Notes: generated by a model from the letters alone, not told the origin. A stretch of 60,682 nucleotides of DNA from Chloroflexota bacterium (GCA_016199265.1 JACQGX010000063.1:1-60682), one strand, 5' to 3'. Numbered from the stretch's first letter, positions 16,800 through 27,421 are shown. Numbers and translations are program-made.

Positions 16800-17228
16800 T
16801 CAAGGCGCGTTTTCGTCCCCCGGTAGATCACCGGCGGGCATGTGCAACTCTGTGGACTCTGTGGACTCTGTGGACTCTGCGAGCGCCGTGGGTTCCGTGC
16901 GCACTGCGCGTGTTTCCACCGCTTCGGCCGCTTCGGCTGCTGTGGGCGGTGCCGCGCTGACGGTGGCCCGTTCGAGCCTTTCGGCGCCGTCGGCCCCGTC
17001 GACGCTGGTGGCGGGCCAGCTTGTGACCGGGCAGCGCGACTGCGGCGTCGCGTGCCAATAGAACGCCCCGTTACGCACCAGCGCGGCGCCACAGCGCCGG
17101 CAGCGACGCTCTGCGGTGGCCTCGGCTGCGGCCGCGGCTGGCGCGGTGGGTATTCCGGGTACGCTGGGCGCGCTACCGTCCACCTGCGCCGCCGTTCCCG
17201 CCAGCGCCCCAGACGTCAACCTCTGCAT
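16800..17228 (-). CDS. Hypothetical low-complexity protein with a possible Zn ribbon
   Basis: CRRC...WH...C; AGGAG upstream; EST repeats. Confidence 0.45.
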   Translation of the reverse strand: MQRLTSGALAGTAAQVDGSAPSVPGIPTAPAAAAAEATAERRCRRCGAALVRNGAFYWHATPQSRCPVTSWPATSVDGADGAERLERATVSAAPPTAAEAAEAVETRAVRTEPTALAESTESTESTELHMPAGDLPGDENAP

Positions 17229-17279
17229 CCCAACCTCCGGCCCGCGTTCTCTCCTGATGTGCCAGATGTGTTCTAGGCG

Positions 17280-17978
17280 TCATACTGTTGCCGGCCGTAC
17301 GATGGTGTCGTTGCGCACGCCGGCGACTCCGGGCACCGCGCCGGCCAGCGTCCTCGCCGTGGTCCTGGCCGCTTCCGACGGCAGCAGGCCGCTGAGCGCG
17401 ACCTGGCCGCGCCGGCAGGTGACCACCAGGTGTGCGGTGCGGGTGTCTGGGTCGGCAAGGAGCGCCTCCGCCACGCCGGCAATGACGTGCTCGTCGGCAA
17501 CCGTCTCGTCCTGCACCCACAGGACGCCCCGGACGCCCGCGGCGCACGCCCGCGCCGCGCGCGCCCGCGTCGCATTCGTTACGTGCCCGGTCAACGTGAC
17601 GAGCCCGTCTCGAACGGCCACGCCGATGGCGCTCAGCCGCTGCGGCCGCAGGTGCGGGTCGGCCGCCAAGGCGTCGAGGACGTCGGCACGGATGTCGAGG
17701 TCGCGGCGCACCGGCTGGCAGCGGGCCACGGCCGTGCGTTCGGCGTTCAGCACGACCGGAGTGAGGCGGCCTGGCGCGGTGCGTACCCACGCCATGGGGA
17801 CCAGGCGCACAGTGTGCCGGAGCCCAAGCCGCGACGGCTGGCGGACCAGCAGGTAGGCGGCCTCGGGCGGCGCGCCGCCCGTGCGCCTGCCCACAACGGT
17901 CCCGATGGCCCCGTCGCGGCCGGCGACCGGCGTGCCGATCGGCGGTGCCTCGCATTCACTGGGTGTGGTCGTCACCAT
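17280..17978 (-). CDS. BON-domain protein (PRC-like N-terminus plus two BON domains)
   Basis: DLDIRADVLDAL...VAVRDGLVTLTG...GVLWV; GQVALSG...VPGVAGVRND; AGGAG RBS. Confidence 0.85.
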   Translation of the reverse strand: MVTTTPSECEAPPIGTPVAGRDGAIGTVVGRRTGGAPPEAAYLLVRQPSRLGLRHTVRLVPMAWVRTAPGRLTPVVLNAERTAVARCQPVRRDLDIRADVLDALAADPHLRPQRLSAIGVAVRDGLVTLTGHVTNATRARAARACAAGVRGVLWVQDETVADEHVIAGVAEALLADPDTRTAHLVVTCRRGQVALSGLLPSEAARTTARTLAGAVPGVAGVRNDTIVRPATV

Positions 17979-18450
17979 CTGCTTGTCTCCTCTCCTGTGC
18001 GGTGGGCTGTCGCTCGCTCTCGAGCCGGCCTCGCGCCGGCGCACGGGCTGGGCCAGCGCTGACCGCCGACGAGCCCTTCCGTAGCGACCCTGTGCCGGCG
18101 GCGCCGGCACCGCGCTTCCCAATCGCCGCGGGCCAACAAGCGCCGTAGCGCGGCGAAACCTAGCCGGTACCAGAGCGCGAGCAGGCAGGCGGGAAACCCC
18201 AGCGAGGCGAAAGGCGACGGGGGCTGGGTACCGCGTCGCCCGATCTCACCACAACGGGGAGATAGTTTGACTATAGCACGGCTTGCGTGGTGCCATTGGC
18301 CATAATTGGCTATAACTGGTCACTGCGCATACAACATACAACTAGACACGCCATCCTAGGACGATCCGGTAGCGGCGTTTGGACCTTTGTACAGGGATCA
18401 GTAGGTTGAGGCAAGGGCGCGAGTGTCCGTTGAAGGGAGCGGATGAGCCG

Positions 18451-18726
18451 ATGGAAACTACTGCTGCGGTCGTGACTGCTGCCACGAGTTGTGGCCAGGC
18501 CGCCATCGTCGAGGCACTGCGAGCGTTCGGCGCGCAGAGCAAACGGCACACCCCGTGGATGAAGGCCGGGGACCTGGCCCGCGCCGTGGGAGTCGCCGAT
18601 GCACAAGATCCACAGTTCCAGGCCGACGTGGAGGCGCTCTACGATGCGGGCACCATTCGGCTCATGTCGGGCGGCAGCGCCGGCGGTGGGAGCTTTTACG
18701 AGGCGATGCTGGTGCCGCCCCGCTGA
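18451..18726 (+). CDS. Hypothetical protein, possibly winged-helix
   Basis: Codon usage looks coding; WMKAGDLARAVG...VEALYDAGTIRL. Confidence 0.5.
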   Translation: METTAAVVTAATSCGQAAIVEALRAFGAQSKRHTPWMKAGDLARAVGVADAQDPQFQADVEALYDAGTIRLMSGGSAGGGSFYEAMLVPPR

Positions 18727-19164
18727 GCGCGCCGGCTGCGGCCGCTCGCACGTAACGGCGAGTGGCGCCTGCCGGGCCCGAGCCATCAGCAGGAAACGTG
18801 TAAGCGGCCGCGAACTGCCTGGCCGAGTCCCCGGCAACCATGGCATGCGCCATGTGGCGTCGTTGCGACAGCTCGGCGCAGGAATCGCCAGAGTGCCCGG
18901 TGACGAAGCACTGCTGGGGAGATCTTGTCGTACTCTTGTGCCAAATGTGGTACTGTTGGAGTGCGTGCGCTGCGTCCAGCAAGCTAGCGCGACCGCTAGG
19001 GCACGGCGGCCGGGCCGTGTGTGCACGTGACGCGCTCCTGCCCTGGAGACCCGAGACTACAGACTCCGTTCTCCGTGCTGGATCCGCCCTCTCAGCCCGA
19101 CGGGTCGCCCGTTCGGCACAGTGACGCCTTGTGCGAGGAGCCGAGGCGAGAAGGGGAACAGCCG

Positions 19165-19617
19165 ATGCCGCAGACGGCAGAGGTGCCTACGCGGGAGACG
19201 GTCGTACAGGGCGTCCCAGCTAGTCACCAGAACGACGAGCCGGTAACCGGCAGCGTCCCTGCCGAAGGGGGCACGCCGCCCGCCGCGGCCCTCACGGCTC
19301 GTCCAGCACTTGGCGCCACCAACCCTCATAGGTCCTCGCGCCCGCCCATCCAGAGCGACGAACTGCGCCGCGCCGAGGTGCAGCGGCATCTGGACGCGCG
19401 AACAGAGCGACTCCAGGCGTACGCCGCCTCCCTCGAAGGTGCGCTGGCCGCGCATCCTCCGGGAGAGCAGGCAGCGCAACTCGAGCGCAAACTGGCGCAG
19501 GTCCGTCGTGACCTACTGGCCGCGGCGCGGCCCCGGTTGCCGGCGCCACGATCGCTGGCTCGCTCCGCTCGCGATGACGCTGCCTCCCAGAGCATGAGAC
19601 CGTCTGGTGCGTTCTGA
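19165..19617 (+). CDS. Hypothetical coiled-coil protein
   Basis: AGGGGA RBS; helical C-terminal half. Confidence 0.45.
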   Translation: MPQTAEVPTRETVVQGVPASHQNDEPVTGSVPAEGGTPPAAALTARPALGATNPHRSSRPPIQSDELRRAEVQRHLDARTERLQAYAASLEGALAAHPPGEQAAQLERKLAQVRRDLLAAARPRLPAPRSLARSARDDAASQSMRPSGAF

Positions 19618-19641
19618 CATCTGGTGTCTGGGAGCACGGCC

Positions 19642-19985
19642 ATGAACACATTCACTCGCCGCACCGCTAGGTCAGGGAAGTCCACCGGTGCTGAGGAGGC
19701 CCGATTACGGGCCCTCTACCGTACGGCGTTGCTCGACACCCCACCGGACGACGCATTTGACCGGCTCACCCGCCTGGCCGCGAACGCGCTCCGCGCTCCG
19801 GTGGCACTCATCACACTACCGGACGCGGACCGGCAGTTCTTCAAGAGCCAGATCGGGTTGCCGGAACCCTGGGCGTCGCGGCGCCAGACCCCGCTCCCGC
19901 ACACCTTCTACACGCATGAGGTGGCCTCCCGCGGACAGCCAAGAGCGCGCTGGCTCGACCTTCACCATCCGGTTGCCGCTGGACG
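19642..19985 (+). pseudogene. GAF-sensor histidine kinase with the interior deleted
   Basis: EEARLRALYRTALLDTPPDDAFDRLTRLAA...DADRQFFKSQIGLPEPWASRRQTPL joined to GSTFTIRLPL (HATPase end) in another frame. Confidence 0.75.
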
Positions 19986-19995
19986 GAGGGACAAC

Positions 19996-20592
19996 ATGAC
20001 GCCGGAAGAACTCGCAGCGATCAAGGCCTGGGAGGCACGCGCCACGCCCGGCCCATGGGAGCAGGGGGTGGACTACGCCGAGGCGCCGGCCAACCCCGGC
20101 GAGGGAGAGTGGGCCACCTGGCGCGACCGCGACCGCGTTGAGCCGGACCTCATCTGGCAGCTCAAGCATCTGCCCATCGGGCAGTGCGAGTTGTGCGAGG
20201 ACGGCCCCCCAATCCGCGAGGAACGACGCGACACGAAAGTCTCGCTCTACCGCCGCTGGGATACCGGCCAGGGCCACGATTACGTGGCGGAGACGACGCG
20301 GCTCGTCACCTTCCACCTGCACCGGGTCGCGCGCCGGCGCGACACGCCGCTGGCGCCGATTTCCAGTACCACCGCCCGGCAGGTGGTCCTGGATGTCGTC
20401 ACAGTCGCGGGAGCGACGCGGCTCGTACTCTCAGAGGCCGATGCGCTCTTCATCACCCGCGCGCGGGACGCGGTGCCGCAACTCGTGGCGGAAGTCGAAC
20501 GGCTCCAGGAGCAGGTACAGCGCCTGGAGGCGATAGCCTGCGCGGCGCCTGCCACACCCGCTGAACCCGCTGAGCCGACAACGGAGGAGTGA
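19996..20592 (+). CDS. Phage-like protein (Ead/Ea22-type motifs)
   Basis: GGAGG RBS; MTPEELAAIKA...ATPGPW ... DALFITRARDAVPQLVAEVERL; internal CELC. Confidence 0.7.
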   Translation: MTPEELAAIKAWEARATPGPWEQGVDYAEAPANPGEGEWATWRDRDRVEPDLIWQLKHLPIGQCELCEDGPPIREERRDTKVSLYRRWDTGQGHDYVAETTRLVTFHLHRVARRRDTPLAPISSTTARQVVLDVVTVAGATRLVLSEADALFITRARDAVPQLVAEVERLQEQVQRLEAIACAAPATPAEPAEPTTEE

Positions 20593-20658
20593 CGCGCGCC
20601 ATCCATGACGCGCGCCGCTACCACCCTCGGGTGGAATGTTCCGGCGATACCGGCAACG

Positions 20659-21810
20659 TTACACCGCCTCCACGCTCTCCCAGCGGCGCGACTTCGCAGC
20701 GCGAAGCACGGCATCCATCACCGCCTGGCAGGCGGCGCCATCGACGAAATCTGGGGACGGTGGCTGGCCCTGCGCCAGGGCACGGCAGAGATCGGCGGCC
20801 TGGTTGATGAACGAGTGCTCGTAACCCAGCGGGTGACCGGCGGGCCAGTACGCGGCGGCGAAGGGGTGCTCGGGCTCGGTCGCCAGGATGCGGCGCCAGC
20901 CGCGGGCGTGCGGGGGATCGCCACGGGAGTAGAGCTCCAACGAATTGAGTTCTTGGAAGTGCCAGCGTAAGGCGCCGGCGCTGCCGTTGACCTCGAAAGA
21001 GAGATCAGTCTTATGTCCCGCCGCCAGCTTGCTCGCCTCGAACGTACCGAGCGCGCCGTTGGCGAAGCGGCACAACCAGATCGCCGCGTCGTCGCCGGTG
21101 ACGGGCGCGCGTTCGCCCGGCCGCCCCGGCAGCGGTCGTTCGGGCACGAACACCTCGGTCGCGCCGGCTACCTCGGCAATATCGCCAACCAGGAAACGGG
21201 CTAAGTCGATGGCGTGCGAGCCCAGATCGCCCAGCGCGCCGCTGCCGGCCGTCTCCGCCTGCATGCGCCAGGCTAGCGGGAGCTCCGGATCGAGGAAGCG
21301 TTCGTTGAAGAACTGCGCCCGCCAGTGGTAGACGCGGCCGACCGCGCCCTCGTCGATCAGCCGCCGGGCGAGCTGCACCGCCGGGTAGCGCCGACTGTTG
21401 AACCCAACCATGTGCGGCACGCCGGCCGCCTGCGCCGCGCCAAGCATCTCGCGCGCCTCGGCGAGCGTGCGCGCGAGCGGTTTCTCGCAAAGGATCGCTT
21501 TGCCGGCAGCCGCCGCGGCGATGGCGACGGGGGCATGCACGTCGTTACTGGCGACGATGTCCACGAGATCGACGTCGTCGCGCTCGACCAACCGGCGCCA
21601 GTCGATCTCGACGTGCGCCCAGCCGTACCGCGCGGCCGCCGCCCGCACCGCCGGCTCATTGCGGCCGCAGATCACCTGCAAGACCGGGTAGGCGCCCAGG
21701 TCGTCCGGGGGAAAGAAGAGCGGCAGATCGTGAAAGGCGTGGCTGTGCGCCTTGCCCATAAAGCCGTGTCCCACCATGCCGATCCGAATGGGCCGCGGTG
21801 ATTGAGTCAT
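20659..21810 (-). CDS. Gfo/Idh/MocA-family oxidoreductase
   Basis: IGMVGHGFMGKAH, CEKPLA, GALGDLGSHAID. Confidence 0.93.
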   Translation of the reverse strand: MTQSPRPIRIGMVGHGFMGKAHSHAFHDLPLFFPPDDLGAYPVLQVICGRNEPAVRAAAARYGWAHVEIDWRRLVERDDVDLVDIVASNDVHAPVAIAAAAAGKAILCEKPLARTLAEAREMLGAAQAAGVPHMVGFNSRRYPAVQLARRLIDEGAVGRVYHWRAQFFNERFLDPELPLAWRMQAETAGSGALGDLGSHAIDLARFLVGDIAEVAGATEVFVPERPLPGRPGERAPVTGDDAAIWLCRFANGALGTFEASKLAAGHKTDLSFEVNGSAGALRWHFQELNSLELYSRGDPPHARGWRRILATEPEHPFAAAYWPAGHPLGYEHSFINQAADLCRALAQGQPPSPDFVDGAACQAVMDAVLRAAKSRRWESVEAV

Positions 21811-21880
21811 CGTTCCCCTCTTGACCATGATACTCGTGCGAGATCGGTGCGCCAAGGTTGTACGTATTGCGAGAGGGGAC

Positions 21881-24400
21881 TCAGGTCCTGAGCTTGGCGC
21901 CCGTTTGCCGCTCGGCCGCTTGGACGATCTTCTGCCGCAGCGCCGCGACCTCCTCGTTGGTCAGAGTGTGGTCGGCGCGGTAGGTGACGGTGTAGGCGAG
22001 ACTCTTGGTGCCTTCGGGGACGCGCTCGCCTTTGTAGACGTCGAAGAGCTGGACCGTCTCGACGAGGGGCGCGCCGGCGCGTTTGATCGACGCGACGAGG
22101 CGCTCGGCGGGCAGTTCGTCCGGGACGACGAAGGCAAGATCCTCGACGACCGACTCGAAGCGGGGCAGGGGGTGGTACTGCCGTTCGGTGGTCGCGTGGG
22201 CGATCAGGCGGTCGAAGTCGACGGCGACGACGTAGCAGCGCTGGTCGACGTCGAACGCGCGGCGTGCCTCGGGATCGATCTCCCCGACGACGCCTAGCAC
22301 GTCTTCGGGCAAAACCGGCTTCTTGCCGGCGGCTTCTGGCCGGTGGTTGAGGACGACGGCGGCCGTGCGGTGCGGATGGAAGGCGGGGTGCTGGATGGGA
22401 ATGTAGCCGTGGCCCTCGATGCCCAGGCGCTCGAGCACGGCTTCGAGCACGTCCTTGACATAATAGAAGTCGTTCTCGAGCGGGCTGCCCCAAGTGGGAC
22501 CCGAACGGTACTGGCCGGTCACTGCGGTGATGACACGGCGCTCTTCGGGCAGATTGTGGTCGCGGAGGACGTAGATGCGGCTCAGCTCGAAAAGATGCAC
22601 GTCACGATCGGCGTGGCGCAGATTGCCGCGCAAGCACTCGAGCAGGCTGGGCAGGGCCGACCGGCGCAGGATGGTCTCGTCGGCACTGTCCGGGTTGGCG
22701 AGCCGCACCGGTTCGCCGTGCGGCGCGATGCGATCGTCGGTGAGTGCCGCGATGGTGCCGTCGGCGCGCTCACCGGCAGCGAGCGGCCAGCGGGCTTCGC
22801 GGTCTTCGCTGGTGAGCGTGTAGGTGATGACCTCGGCAAAGCCGGCGGCGGCCAGGACGTCGCGCGCGGTGGCCTCCCAGAAGAGCGGCCAGTTCTGCGC
22901 CGGGACGGGCGGTTCACCGCGCATCACGGAGGTGGGAATCCTGTCGTAGCCGTCGATGCGCGCGACCTCTTCCACGAGATCCGCCGACCGCTCGATGTCG
23001 ATACGCCAGACGGGCGCGTGGACGATGTAGTCACCCTGGGTGGCGACTGGGTCGGGCTTCTCGTACATGAAGCCGAGGCGGTCGAGGATGTTCTCGATCG
23101 TCGCCGGAGCGTAGGCGACGCCGAGCAGTCGCTCGAACTCGCCGGGCGCGATGCGGATGACCGGTCGCTGGTCGGGATTGGGGTAGACGTCAACCGGCTC
23201 GCCCACGATTTCTGCGCTGGCGAGGTCGGCCATGAGTTGGGCGGCGCGGAGCGCGGCGGGCATGGTGTGCTCGGGCGGGATGCCCCGCTCGAAGCGGCGC
23301 GACGCCTCGGTAGGACGCGGCAGCAGAGCGCGCGCGGTGCGCCGGATGCTCGCCGGCTTGAAGTTGGCCGACTCGAGGAGGATCGAGGTCGTCGTCTCGC
23401 GCACTTCGGTGTCGGCGCCGCCGATCACGCCGGCAAGTGCGACGGGGCGCTCGGCGTCGGCGATGACGAGCTGCTCGGGAGTCAGGCTAATGTCGGGCCG
23501 CTCTTCGGCGAGCGTGCGCAGCACTTCGCCGGGGCGCCCGGTACGGACGATGATCTTGCCGCCGCGGATCGTCTCGTAGTCGAAGGCATGCAGCGGCTGG
23601 CTCCATTCGAGCATCACGAAGTTCGTGATGTCGACGACGTTGTTAATGGGGCGCATGCCGGCGGCCTGCAGCCGTTCCTGCATCCATGCGGGGGAGGGGC
23701 CGATCTTGACGTTCTTGAGCAGCACGCCGGTGTAGCGCCGGCAGAGGTCGGGGTCTTCGATCTCGATGGCCAGCGGCTCATCATCCCGGCGCGGGCGGGA
23801 GGGTTTTGGATCGACCATGGGAACGCGCACCGGTTGCTCGTTGAGCGCGCCGACCTCGCGGGCGACGCCGATCATCGCCAGGCAGTCGGGCCGGCCCTTG
23901 AGGTCGAGCTCGATCACGCTATCGCCGAGCGCCTCGGCCAGCGGGATGCCGACCGGCGTGTCGGGCGGCAGGATCATGATGCCCGCGTGGTCGTCGTTGA
24001 GCCCCAGCTCGAAACCGGACATAACCATCCCTTCGGAGGTAACGCCGCGCACGTTCGTCCGCTTCAGCACGCTCATCTGCGTCGGGCTCGTGTGGCCGTC
24101 CCGGTACCGTGTGCCGACGAGCCCGAGCGGGACGATGTCGCCTTCCCTTATGTTGCTCGCGCCCGTGACCACGCGAATGGTGCGCCTTTTCCCATAGTCT
24201 GCCGTCACCAGCGTGAGGCGGTCGGCGTTGGGATGGGGCTCGATCTTCTCGATGCGCGCCACCCAGACGTTGTCCCATTCGCCGCCGGTGTGCTGGATAC
24301 CTTCGACTTCGATGCCCGCCATCGTCAGCCGGCGGGCAAGCTCTTCGGCTGTGAGCGTCACGTCGACGTAATCTCGCAGCCACTTCAGTGACACTTTCAT
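21881..24400 (-). CDS. pheT: Phenylalanine-tRNA ligase beta subunit
   Basis: MKVSLKWLRDYV, HPNADRL, RPINNVVDITN, ASRRFERG, DLVEEVARIDGYD, FDX-ACB domain (LFDVYKG). Confidence 0.97.
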   Translation of the reverse strand: MKVSLKWLRDYVDVTLTAEELARRLTMAGIEVEGIQHTGGEWDNVWVARIEKIEPHPNADRLTLVTADYGKRRTIRVVTGASNIREGDIVPLGLVGTRYRDGHTSPTQMSVLKRTNVRGVTSEGMVMSGFELGLNDDHAGIMILPPDTPVGIPLAEALGDSVIELDLKGRPDCLAMIGVAREVGALNEQPVRVPMVDPKPSRPRRDDEPLAIEIEDPDLCRRYTGVLLKNVKIGPSPAWMQERLQAAGMRPINNVVDITNFVMLEWSQPLHAFDYETIRGGKIIVRTGRPGEVLRTLAEERPDISLTPEQLVIADAERPVALAGVIGGADTEVRETTTSILLESANFKPASIRRTARALLPRPTEASRRFERGIPPEHTMPAALRAAQLMADLASAEIVGEPVDVYPNPDQRPVIRIAPGEFERLLGVAYAPATIENILDRLGFMYEKPDPVATQGDYIVHAPVWRIDIERSADLVEEVARIDGYDRIPTSVMRGEPPVPAQNWPLFWEATARDVLAAAGFAEVITYTLTSEDREARWPLAAGERADGTIAALTDDRIAPHGEPVRLANPDSADETILRRSALPSLLECLRGNLRHADRDVHLFELSRIYVLRDHNLPEERRVITAVTGQYRSGPTWGSPLENDFYYVKDVLEAVLERLGIEGHGYIPIQHPAFHPHRTAAVVLNHRPEAAGKKPVLPEDVLGVVGEIDPEARRAFDVDQRCYVVAVDFDRLIAHATTERQYHPLPRFESVVEDLAFVVPDELPAERLVASIKRAGAPLVETVQLFDVYKGERVPEGTKSLAYTVTYRADHTLTNEEVAALRQKIVQAAERQTGAKLRT

Positions 24401-24415
24401 AGTTGTCTCGTTTCT

Positions 24416-24527
<112 letters not shown>

Positions 24528-24557
24528 GCTCTCTCCTCGTTATACTCCCTGACAAGC

Positions 24558-26267
24558 ATGGTCGTCATCCAGAACCGCCAGTGGGCGGTCGCCCCAGCGG
24601 CACCGCCGGAGTTCGTCGCCTCGCTGCCCGAAGTCCATCCAATCGTCGCCCAGGTGCTCTATAACCGCGGTTTTGGCTCTGCCGCGGCTGCCCGCGCCTT
24701 TCTGGCCTCATCCGGCGCGGCGCTGCACGACCCTCGTTCCCTCTACGGCATGGACCGGGCCATCGACCGGCTGCGGCGCGCGCTGCGCGACGGCGAGATC
24801 ATCGCCGTCCACGGCGACTTCGACGTCGACGGCGTGACCGCGGCGGCGATCCTGTACGAAGGCTTGCGCGCCGCCGGTGGCCGCGTGCTGCCACCTCACA
24901 TCCCCCAGCGTACCACCACCGGCTATGGCGTGCACGCCTCGGCGATCGAGAAGCTCGCGGCGGACGGAGCGCGCGTGATGGTCACCGGCGATACCGGAAC
25001 CCGCGCGCTCGAGGCCGTCGAGCGTGCCAACCAGCTCGGCGTCGACGTCGTCATCACCGACCATCACCTGCCGGGAGAGGCGCTGCCCGCGGCATGCGCG
25101 GTGATCAACCCCCAGCAGTCCGTGTGTCCCTATCCGTTCAAGCAACTGTCCGGCGCCGGTGTCGCCTGGAAGCTGGTGCAAGCGCTCGCGCTCGAGGGCC
25201 TCTTCGACCTCGCGCGCGCCGAGGACCTGATCGACCTCGTTGCCCTGGGGACGATCGTCGACGTCTCGCCACTGCTCGGCGAAAATCGCACGCTGGTACA
25301 GTGGGGCCTCGACCGTCTGCTGCAGGCGCCGCGTCCGGGCATCCGTGCGCTCATGAACCGGTCGAGCGCAACACAGCGGCGGCCGGCGCTCGACGAGCGC
25401 ACCGTGGCGTTCATCATCGGTCCTCGCCTCAACGCCGCCGGCCGCATGGACGACGCGACCTTGGCGCTCGAGTTGCTGTTGACCGAAGACGAGCGGCGCG
25501 CTGCCGAGCTTGTGCTGACACTCGAACAGAAAAACCTGGAGCGCCAGCAACTGACCGAGCGCGTGCTCGTCGCGGCGCGGGCGCAGGCCGAACGGGTGGC
25601 CGATCAGCCCGTGCTCGTGCTGCGCGGTGAGGACTGGCCTTCGGGAGTGATTGGCCTCGTCGCCGCACGACTTGCCGAGGAATTCGGCCGGCCGGCGGTC
25701 CTCGTCGAAGTGCGCCCCGACGCCTGCCGCGGTTCGGGACGCGGCGCCCAAGGATTCGACCTGGTGGGCCTGCTTACCTCGTGCGCCGACTTGCTGATTG
25801 AGTTCGGCGGCCACGCCCAGGCTGCCGGATTCGCCGTTCATCCGGACCGGCTCGACGCGCTCGTCGACCGGCTCGTAGCAGGCGCGGCGAAGCAAGGCGC
25901 CGGCGAGGCGGCGCCGCTCACTGCCGACTGCGCGCTGTCGGCGCTCGACGTCGAATGGCCGCTGCACCAGGCACTGCGGCCGCTGCGGCCGTTCGGCGCC
26001 GGCAATCCCCAACCGTCATTCATGACCGCCGGTGTGCCGGTCATGGGCGCCCGCGCCGTTGGCACCGGTGCCAAGCACCTCCAGCTCCGTCTGCGGTTCG
26101 GCCGGCAAGTGCTGCACGCCTTTGGGCCCGAGCTCGGCCCACGCGCCGCCACGCTTGCCCGCGCCGGTCGGGTCGACGCCATCTACTCGCTCGACGTCTC
26201 CACCTGGAACGGCCGTGAATCCCTCGAGCTCCGCCTTCACGACGTCCGCCCCGCGTCTACTACGTGA
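24558..26267 (+). CDS. recJ: ssDNA-specific exonuclease RecJ
   Basis: GDFDVDG, TDHH, LSGAGVA, LVALGT, PRLNAAGR, GGHAQAAG, PFGAGNPQP; TATACT 11 nt before the ATG suggests a short or absent leader. Confidence 0.96.
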   Translation: MVVIQNRQWAVAPAAPPEFVASLPEVHPIVAQVLYNRGFGSAAAARAFLASSGAALHDPRSLYGMDRAIDRLRRALRDGEIIAVHGDFDVDGVTAAAILYEGLRAAGGRVLPPHIPQRTTTGYGVHASAIEKLAADGARVMVTGDTGTRALEAVERANQLGVDVVITDHHLPGEALPAACAVINPQQSVCPYPFKQLSGAGVAWKLVQALALEGLFDLARAEDLIDLVALGTIVDVSPLLGENRTLVQWGLDRLLQAPRPGIRALMNRSSATQRRPALDERTVAFIIGPRLNAAGRMDDATLALELLLTEDERRAAELVLTLEQKNLERQQLTERVLVAARAQAERVADQPVLVLRGEDWPSGVIGLVAARLAEEFGRPAVLVEVRPDACRGSGRGAQGFDLVGLLTSCADLLIEFGGHAQAAGFAVHPDRLDALVDRLVAGAAKQGAGEAAPLTADCALSALDVEWPLHQALRPLRPFGAGNPQPSFMTAGVPVMGARAVGTGAKHLQLRLRFGRQVLHAFGPELGPRAATLARAGRVDAIYSLDVSTWNGRESLELRLHDVRPASTT

Positions 26268-26269
26268 GG

Positions 26270-26303
26270 CCCCTGTCCCAAAGGGACAGGGTTTGGGTGA
26301 GGG
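26270..26303. repeat. REP-like family A
   Basis: CCCTGTCCCAAAGGGACAGGGTTTGGGTGAGGG directly after the recJ stop. Confidence 0.75.
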
Positions 26304-26315
26304 ACACCCTCCCGA

Positions 26316-26606
26316 TCAGGCCGCTGCCGGCGTCTGTGCCGCGCTCGTCTGCGCCACGTGCCGCGCCACTTGCGCCGCGCGCGCGGCGCGCCGGTACGCC
26401 AGGATCGCGCGGTCGTACTCCTCCGAATCGTACGGACCTCCCATGATGGCCGACCACTTCAGCGTGTTGAGGTACTCCAGCGCGTTGGCCAACCTCGTCT
26501 CCGCCTCGAGCACGTGCTCGCACCGCGGCCGGCTTCGACGGCGAGCCATCGTACCACCGCCGTACTGTAGGTGCCGGTAACGGTTGCGGAAGTCGTCTCG
26601 ATCCAT
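26316..26606 (-). CDS. Hypothetical protein
   Basis: GC3-biased ORF starting MDRDDFRNRYRH. Confidence 0.55.
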   Translation of the reverse strand: MDRDDFRNRYRHLQYGGGTMARRRSRPRCEHVLEAETRLANALEYLNTLKWSAIMGGPYDSEEYDRAILAYRRAARAAQVARHVAQTSAAQTPAAA

Positions 26607-26721
26607 CACCTGCACTCGCCTCGTCCCGTGTGTTCGTTGGGTTCCATATCGTTTCACTCACCGTAATGCACGAGTCGTGCCAATCGTGCCCAGTGCCTCC
26701 CTCGCCTGCGCTTGCGCCGGA

Positions 26722-27357
26722 TCACTCGCGACGCAGAACCTTCCGTGCCTGCGTCAAGTCTTCCGGCGTATTGATGTTGAAAAACGACAGCCCCTCCGGA
26801 TCGTGCGACGCCAATATCGCCGCATCGACGTAACGCACGCGCACGTCTTCAAAAACGCCGGCAATCTTCAGCCGGCCCGCATCCAGCCGGCGCCGCATCG
26901 GCTCGAGGCACGCCTTCGAGTACACCGCGTGCAGCGGCTCGGGTTCGTCACGCACCGGCACCAGCACGTCGTAGTCGCGCGGCTGCGCCAGCATCCAGCG
27001 CAACAGTGTCACGTTGAGAAACGGCATGTCGGTCGCCACCGCCACCGCGTACTCGTGCGCCGCGGCAACGAGCCCCGAGTAGATCCCGCCAAGACTACCG
27101 CCGCCGGCATACAGGTCCGGCACCGTCCGGTAAGGCAGGGGCTTGGCGCCGCGGTACGCCACCAGCAAGACCTCGTCGCACACCTCCGCCAATCTGCTCG
27201 CCGTCACCTCGAGCAACGTCCGGCTGCCGGTCCCACCCGCCTCCGTCTCACCACCGTCGTCCACCGGCGGCCACAACATCGTCGTCTTGTCGATTCCCAG
27301 CCTCCGGCTTCTTCCCCCTGCCAGGATCACGCCGCTCACCCCACGCCCGTCGGCCAT
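26722..27357 (-). CDS. mobA: Molybdenum cofactor guanylyltransferase
   Basis: GVILAGGRSRRLG.DK, GSLGGI, TDMPF, EPLHAVY, FFNINTPED. Confidence 0.92.
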   Translation of the reverse strand: MADGRGVSGVILAGGRSRRLGIDKTTMLWPPVDDGGETEAGGTGSRTLLEVTASRLAEVCDEVLLVAYRGAKPLPYRTVPDLYAGGGSLGGIYSGLVAAAHEYAVAVATDMPFLNVTLLRWMLAQPRDYDVLVPVRDEPEPLHAVYSKACLEPMRRRLDAGRLKIAGVFEDVRVRYVDAAILASHDPEGLSFFNINTPEDLTQARKVLRRE

Positions 27358-27388
27358 CGCTTGCCTCCAACCGGTCAACCGGTAGCCA

Positions 27389-27421
27389 CTCTCGACTCTA
27401 GACTCTCTACTCTCGACTCTC
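27389..27421. repeat. Heptamer array (CTCGACT-like)
   Basis: CTCTCGACTCTAGACTCTCTACTCTCGACTCT following the stop of the upstream minus-strand gene. Confidence 0.7.

Noticed and set aside
16847-16879. TGTGGACTC x3 as DnaA boxes or iterons
   Set aside because: Only 6/9 match to TGTGGATAA, far from dnaA, and better explained as a coding EST repeat.
15753-21128. Repeat pair as a diversity-generating retroelement TR/VR
   Set aside because: Mismatches are not adenine-specific, are mostly synonymous, lie mid-gene, and no reverse transcriptase is present.
22343-24391. Long antisense or alternate-frame ORFs (also 31756-33894 and 43594-45636)
   Set aside because: Typical high-GC shadow ORFs opposite well-supported genes.
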